Positions 35,561-38,773 of a stretch of 38,773 bases of DNA are shown one piece after another (the first letter of the stretch is position 1; each line of letters opens with the position of its first letter). Below the pieces are notes generated by a model, which was not told the DNA's origin, did not search any database, and was given only the letters and a program-made list of their open reading frames with translations. The translations under genes and the position numbers were made by a program. The DNA is from Trueperaceae bacterium. Its GTDB lineage: Bacteria > Deinococcota > Deinococci > Deinococcales > Trueperaceae. The DNA lies in contig JBBDRK010000066.1 of NCBI GenBank assembly GCA_040905465.1, positions 19,836 to 58,608 on the forward strand, read 5' to 3'.

Positions 35561-37186
35561 ATGACGGAGATCGACACCGAGTGGTTCAAGAGCGCGGTGC
35601 TGTACGAATTGTACGTGCGTGCCTATCGCGACTCCGACGGCGACGGCCACGGCGACCTCACCGGCGTCGCCCAGAAGCTCGACTATATTCGAAGTCTCGG
35701 CGTCGACGTCGTCTGGCTGCTGCCGATCAGTCCGTCACCGTTGCGCGACGACGGCTACGACGTCAGCGACTACTACGACATCCACGAACATTACGGGATC
35801 CTCGACAACTTTCGCACGCTGGTGCGCGAGGCCCACGACCGGAACCTGCGGGTCATCACCGATCTGGTACTGAACCACACCTCGTCCGATCACCCCTGGT
35901 TTCAGGAGTCGCGCAAGGGCCGTGACAACCCCAAGAGCGACTGGTATGTCTGGACCGATGATCCGGAGCTCTACAGTGGCACCAGGATCATCTTCACCGA
36001 CACCGAGACCTCCAACTGGACGTTCGATGAAGTGCGGGGCCAATACTACTGGCATCGCTTCTTCAACCACCAGCCCGACCTGAACTTCGACAACACGGAA
36101 GTACGCGATGAGATGAAACGGGTGATCCGTTTCTGGCTCGAGCTCGGTATCGACGGATTTCGCATGGACGCCATCCCCTACCTGTTCGAGCGAGAAGGCA
36201 CCAACAACGAGAACATCCACGAGACGCACGAGTTCCTGAAGGAGCTGCGCGTGTTCATCGACGAGATCAAGCCGGGGACGTTCCTCCTGGGCGAGGTCAA
36301 CCAATGGCCCGAGGACACGATGCCCTACTTCGGCAGCGGCAGCGACGAGATGCCTCTGCTGTTCCACTTCCCGGTCATGCCCCGTCTGTTCAAGGCTGTG
36401 GCCGAAGGGGCGCGCGACAGCGTGGAGTGGATTATCGACCATACGCCGGCGATCCCCGACACCTGCCAGTGGGTGGTGTTCCTGCGCAACCACGACGAGC
36501 TGACCCTGGAGATGGTCACCGAGGAGGAACGCGCGTTCATGGTGGCCGCCTACGCTCCCGAACCCCGCATGCGCATCAATGTGGGAATCCGCCGGCGACT
36601 GGCACCGCTGATGGGCGGCGACCACCGCCGGATCCGGCTGATGAATTCGATGCTGATGACACTGCCGGGCACGCCGATCATCTACTACGGAGACGAGATC
36701 GGCATGGGGGACAACATCCAGCTCGACGACCGAAACGGCGTTCGCACCCCTATGCAGTGGCACTCGGGCGCCAACGCCGGCTTCAGCGAAGCGCAACGGC
36801 TCTACTCTCCGTTGGTCGAGGACGAGCGTTACGGCTACCGGGTGTTGAACGTAGCCGACCAGGAGCAGGACCCCGAGAGCCTGCTCAACTGGACCCGGCA
36901 GCTCATCAAGACCCGTCAACAGCATCCGGCATTGGGACGCGGCTCGTTCCGGATCCTGCGCCCGGACAACCGCGCCTTCCTGCCGTTTTTGAACGTGTAC
37001 GGTGATGACGTGGTCGTTTCCGTTCACAACCTTTCCGGGCAGACCGAGCGAGCCGAGCTGGACCTTTCGGAGATCGACGGGAAGCCGCTGGTGGATCTTT
37101 TCACCCATCAACCGTACGGGCGCGCCTCCGAGGAGGTTCGGGTGGTGCTCGAACCGTACGCATTCCTGTGGCTGGGCGTGGAGTGA
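35561..37186 (+). CDS. treS: Trehalose synthase / maltose alpha-D-glucosyltransferase (GH13_16-like)
   Basis: SPLRDDGYDVSDY, LNHTSSDHPWFQ, RIIFTDTETSNW, YYWHRFFNHQPDLN, FRMDAIPYL, FLRNHDELTLEMVT and INVGIRRRLAPL. SD AGGAG. Confidence 0.93.
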   Translation: MTEIDTEWFKSAVLYELYVRAYRDSDGDGHGDLTGVAQKLDYIRSLGVDVVWLLPISPSPLRDDGYDVSDYYDIHEHYGILDNFRTLVREAHDRNLRVITDLVLNHTSSDHPWFQESRKGRDNPKSDWYVWTDDPELYSGTRIIFTDTETSNWTFDEVRGQYYWHRFFNHQPDLNFDNTEVRDEMKRVIRFWLELGIDGFRMDAIPYLFEREGTNNENIHETHEFLKELRVFIDEIKPGTFLLGEVNQWPEDTMPYFGSGSDEMPLLFHFPVMPRLFKAVAEGARDSVEWIIDHTPAIPDTCQWVVFLRNHDELTLEMVTEEERAFMVAAYAPEPRMRINVGIRRRLAPLMGGDHRRIRLMNSMLMTLPGTPIIYYGDEIGMGDNIQLDDRNGVRTPMQWHSGANAGFSEAQRLYSPLVEDERYGYRVLNVADQEQDPESLLNWTRQLIKTRQQHPALGRGSFRILRPDNRAFLPFLNVYGDDVVVSVHNLSGQTERAELDLSEIDGKPLVDLFTHQPYGRASEEVRVVLEPYAFLWLGVE

Positions 37187-38184
37187 GGCGTCTCCCGCCA
37201 TTACCGCACGGTCGGCTCGTCGCGGCGGTCCGCGCTTTCGTCCTGAGTGTCGTGTCGCTGCTCCTGGCGGGTTGCGGCGGCGAGTTGCAGACCCCCGGCG
37301 AAGCGTTGCGGATCTTCGGAACCAGCCTCCCCCAGGCGTTCGCCGGCGAGCGCTACGACGCCCCGGTCCGGGCGGTGGGAGGGTTGCGCCCGTTCAGCTA
37401 CACTCTCGGCGAAGGCGAGCTGCCGCCCGGGTTGGAACTGCAGAACGGCGTGATCAGGGGCGTCCCGAGCGAAACCGGTCGATTCGTTTTCACGGTCACC
37501 GTCTCCGACGCCAACCTCTCGCGCACCTTTCAGGAGTACACGCTGACCGTGATCGAAAGGCCGCCGCCCACGCTTGAGCTGGTGGTCCCCGAAACCGAGG
37601 TGCGAGAGCCGACCACGGTTCGGCTGCGCCTCGCAAACGCTTCCGAGGTCCGTGCCGTGAGCGCCAGGCTGATCTGGGACCCGGGCAGTCTCGAACTGGC
37701 GCCCGGTTCGGTCGCGGCCGAGGCCAGCGGGACCGCCCTTTTGTGGGAGAGCGGGCCCGGTTGGCTGCAGATAGACCTGGCAGCGTTGGGCACGCCGTGG
37801 AACGACGCTCGGAACCTGGCGAACTTCGTGCTGGCGCCCAGCCAACCGACGGTTCTGGAGATTACTGCCACCGTCGTGTTCCTCGACGACCGCGACGGCA
37901 GGCACTTCCAGGGCGCACCCGCCGCTCCGGAGGGCGGCGCGGACTCGCCCGACACTGATCCTCCAGGTCCGGATACGCCCGACAGCGAGGACGAGGATCC
38001 GGCCGAGGGCGATCCTGCCGAGTCCGATACCGACGGGGCAGACAGCAACGGGGCGGAAAGCAACGGACCCGACGCCGTCGGGTCCGAATCAGCCGGGTCC
38101 GAATCAGCCGGGTCCGAATCAGCCGGGTCCGATCCGATCGGAACCGACGAGCCCGAGCCCGAGCCGGAGGGGGACGAGCAATGA
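37183..38184 (+). CDS. Predicted lipoprotein with an Ig-like (He_PIG-type) domain, a beta-rich second domain and an acidic low-complexity tail
   Basis: Lipobox LLAGC, GGLRPFSYTLGEGELPPGLEL..G.IRGVP...FTVTVSD Ig motif. GTGA overlap with the treS stop. Confidence 0.75.
   Translation: MRRLPPLPHGRLVAAVRAFVLSVVSLLLAGCGGELQTPGEALRIFGTSLPQAFAGERYDAPVRAVGGLRPFSYTLGEGELPPGLELQNGVIRGVPSETGRFVFTVTVSDANLSRTFQEYTLTVIERPPPTLELVVPETEVREPTTVRLRLANASEVRAVSARLIWDPGSLELAPGSVAAEASGTALLWESGPGWLQIDLAALGTPWNDARNLANFVLAPSQPTVLEITATVVFLDDRDGRHFQGAPAAPEGGADSPDTDPPGPDTPDSEDEDPAEGDPAESDTDGADSNGAESNGPDAVGSESAGSESAGSESAGSDPIGTDEPEPEPEGDEQ
38080..38132 (+). repeat. Perfect 15-nt tandem repeat, about 3.5 copies (GSESA)
   Basis: GGGTCCGAATCAGCC x3 plus GGGTCCGA. 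Confidence 0.95.
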
Positions 38185-38717
38185 ACACCGGGAGCCTTCC
38201 GAGCAGGGCGACTTTCGCTCTGCTCGCCCTGCTGCTGTTCACCAGCGCAACCGCCACGAGCTATCGGGAACTGTCGCTGCAGGAGATCTTCACTGCCACC
38301 GAGGTCGGCTTCGTTGCGACTGTCGCTTCGTCCAGCGTCGAGATGCGTGGAGACATGCCGTGGACGGTGGTCGAGTTCGAGGTACAGCGGTGGCTCGCCG
38401 GCGACGGGGCCGAGAACCGGGTCCGGCTCGCCTTCCTGGGCGGCAGCCGTCCTGGCGGGGCCAGCTTGCAGGTCAACCTGATGCCCGGTTTCGAGGTTGG
38501 AGAGCGGGTGATGGTACTCGCCTACGACGAGGAGTACTACTCGCCCATCGTTGGCTTCAATCAGGGTGTCTGGCGCCTGCGGGACCAGGCGCTGCTCGAC
38601 GCTCAGGGCAGGCAACTGAGCCTCGCCGACGACGGCCGGCTCCTCGCCGATGGGCCCGGTGTGGAGCCGCAACTGGTGATCGACGCCGTGGCTCGCGAGC
38701 TCGAGGCGCGCCAGTGA
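38181..38717 (+). CDS. Hypothetical exported protein
   Basis: Signal peptide (...LALLLFTSATA), ATGA overlap with the previous gene and SD GGAGGGGG. No function recognised. Confidence 0.75.
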   Translation: MNTGSLPSRATFALLALLLFTSATATSYRELSLQEIFTATEVGFVATVASSSVEMRGDMPWTVVEFEVQRWLAGDGAENRVRLAFLGGSRPGGASLQVNLMPGFEVGERVMVLAYDEEYYSPIVGFNQGVWRLRDQALLDAQGRQLSLADDGRLLADGPGVEPQLVIDAVARELEARQ

Positions 38718-38773
38718 GGGCAGTGAGCGGACCGACGCCGCGGAGGCTGCTACCCGCACCGTCGTTGCTGGTG
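38714..38773 (+). CDS. Possible 5' end of the next gene (truncated by the window)
   Basis: GTGA overlap at 38714 and an open frame to the window end (VRAVSGPTPRRLLPAPSLLV, signal-peptide-like). Confidence 0.35.
   Translation, partial: MRAVSGPTPRRLLPAPSLLV

Overview
High-GC bacterial chromosomal window. Gene content and protein signatures (GAPDH CTTNS, IleRS2, alpha2beta2 aspartokinase, S8/TPR-cyclase pair) suggest Deinococcota, possibly Trueperaceae-like; this is inference only. Most of it is housekeeping or metabolic: an IscR-like Rrf2 regulator, an atypical receiver protein, a LysM-M23 peptidase, rho, T-box-controlled ileS, gap-pgk, a split RLAN/RimK-like ATP-grasp pair with a convergent GNAT, two acyl-CoA dehydrogenases plus etfBA, SCP2, aspartokinase, an FprA-like reductase, a liv-type ABC operon, glnA, ruvC, a large GH13 protein, treS and two or three exported proteins. 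I found no CRISPR array, rRNA, tRNA or mobile element. The best candidate for a novel system is 16733-21015. A lipoprotein subtilase carries five tandem (M/L)S(S/T)VWGGG octapeptides just before its catalytic domain. It is co-oriented with a soluble TPR-HD-GYP-GGDEF protein and preceded by a perfect 11-bp tandem direct repeat. I hypothesise a self-processing peptide signal read by a TPR receptor that controls c-di-GMP. Other notable points are a GLHH (not HxGH) IleRS2 motif linked to mupirocin hyper-resistance, an internal aspartokinase beta-subunit start, a probable CTG start codon and an AT-hook-like motif in the Rho N-terminal extension.
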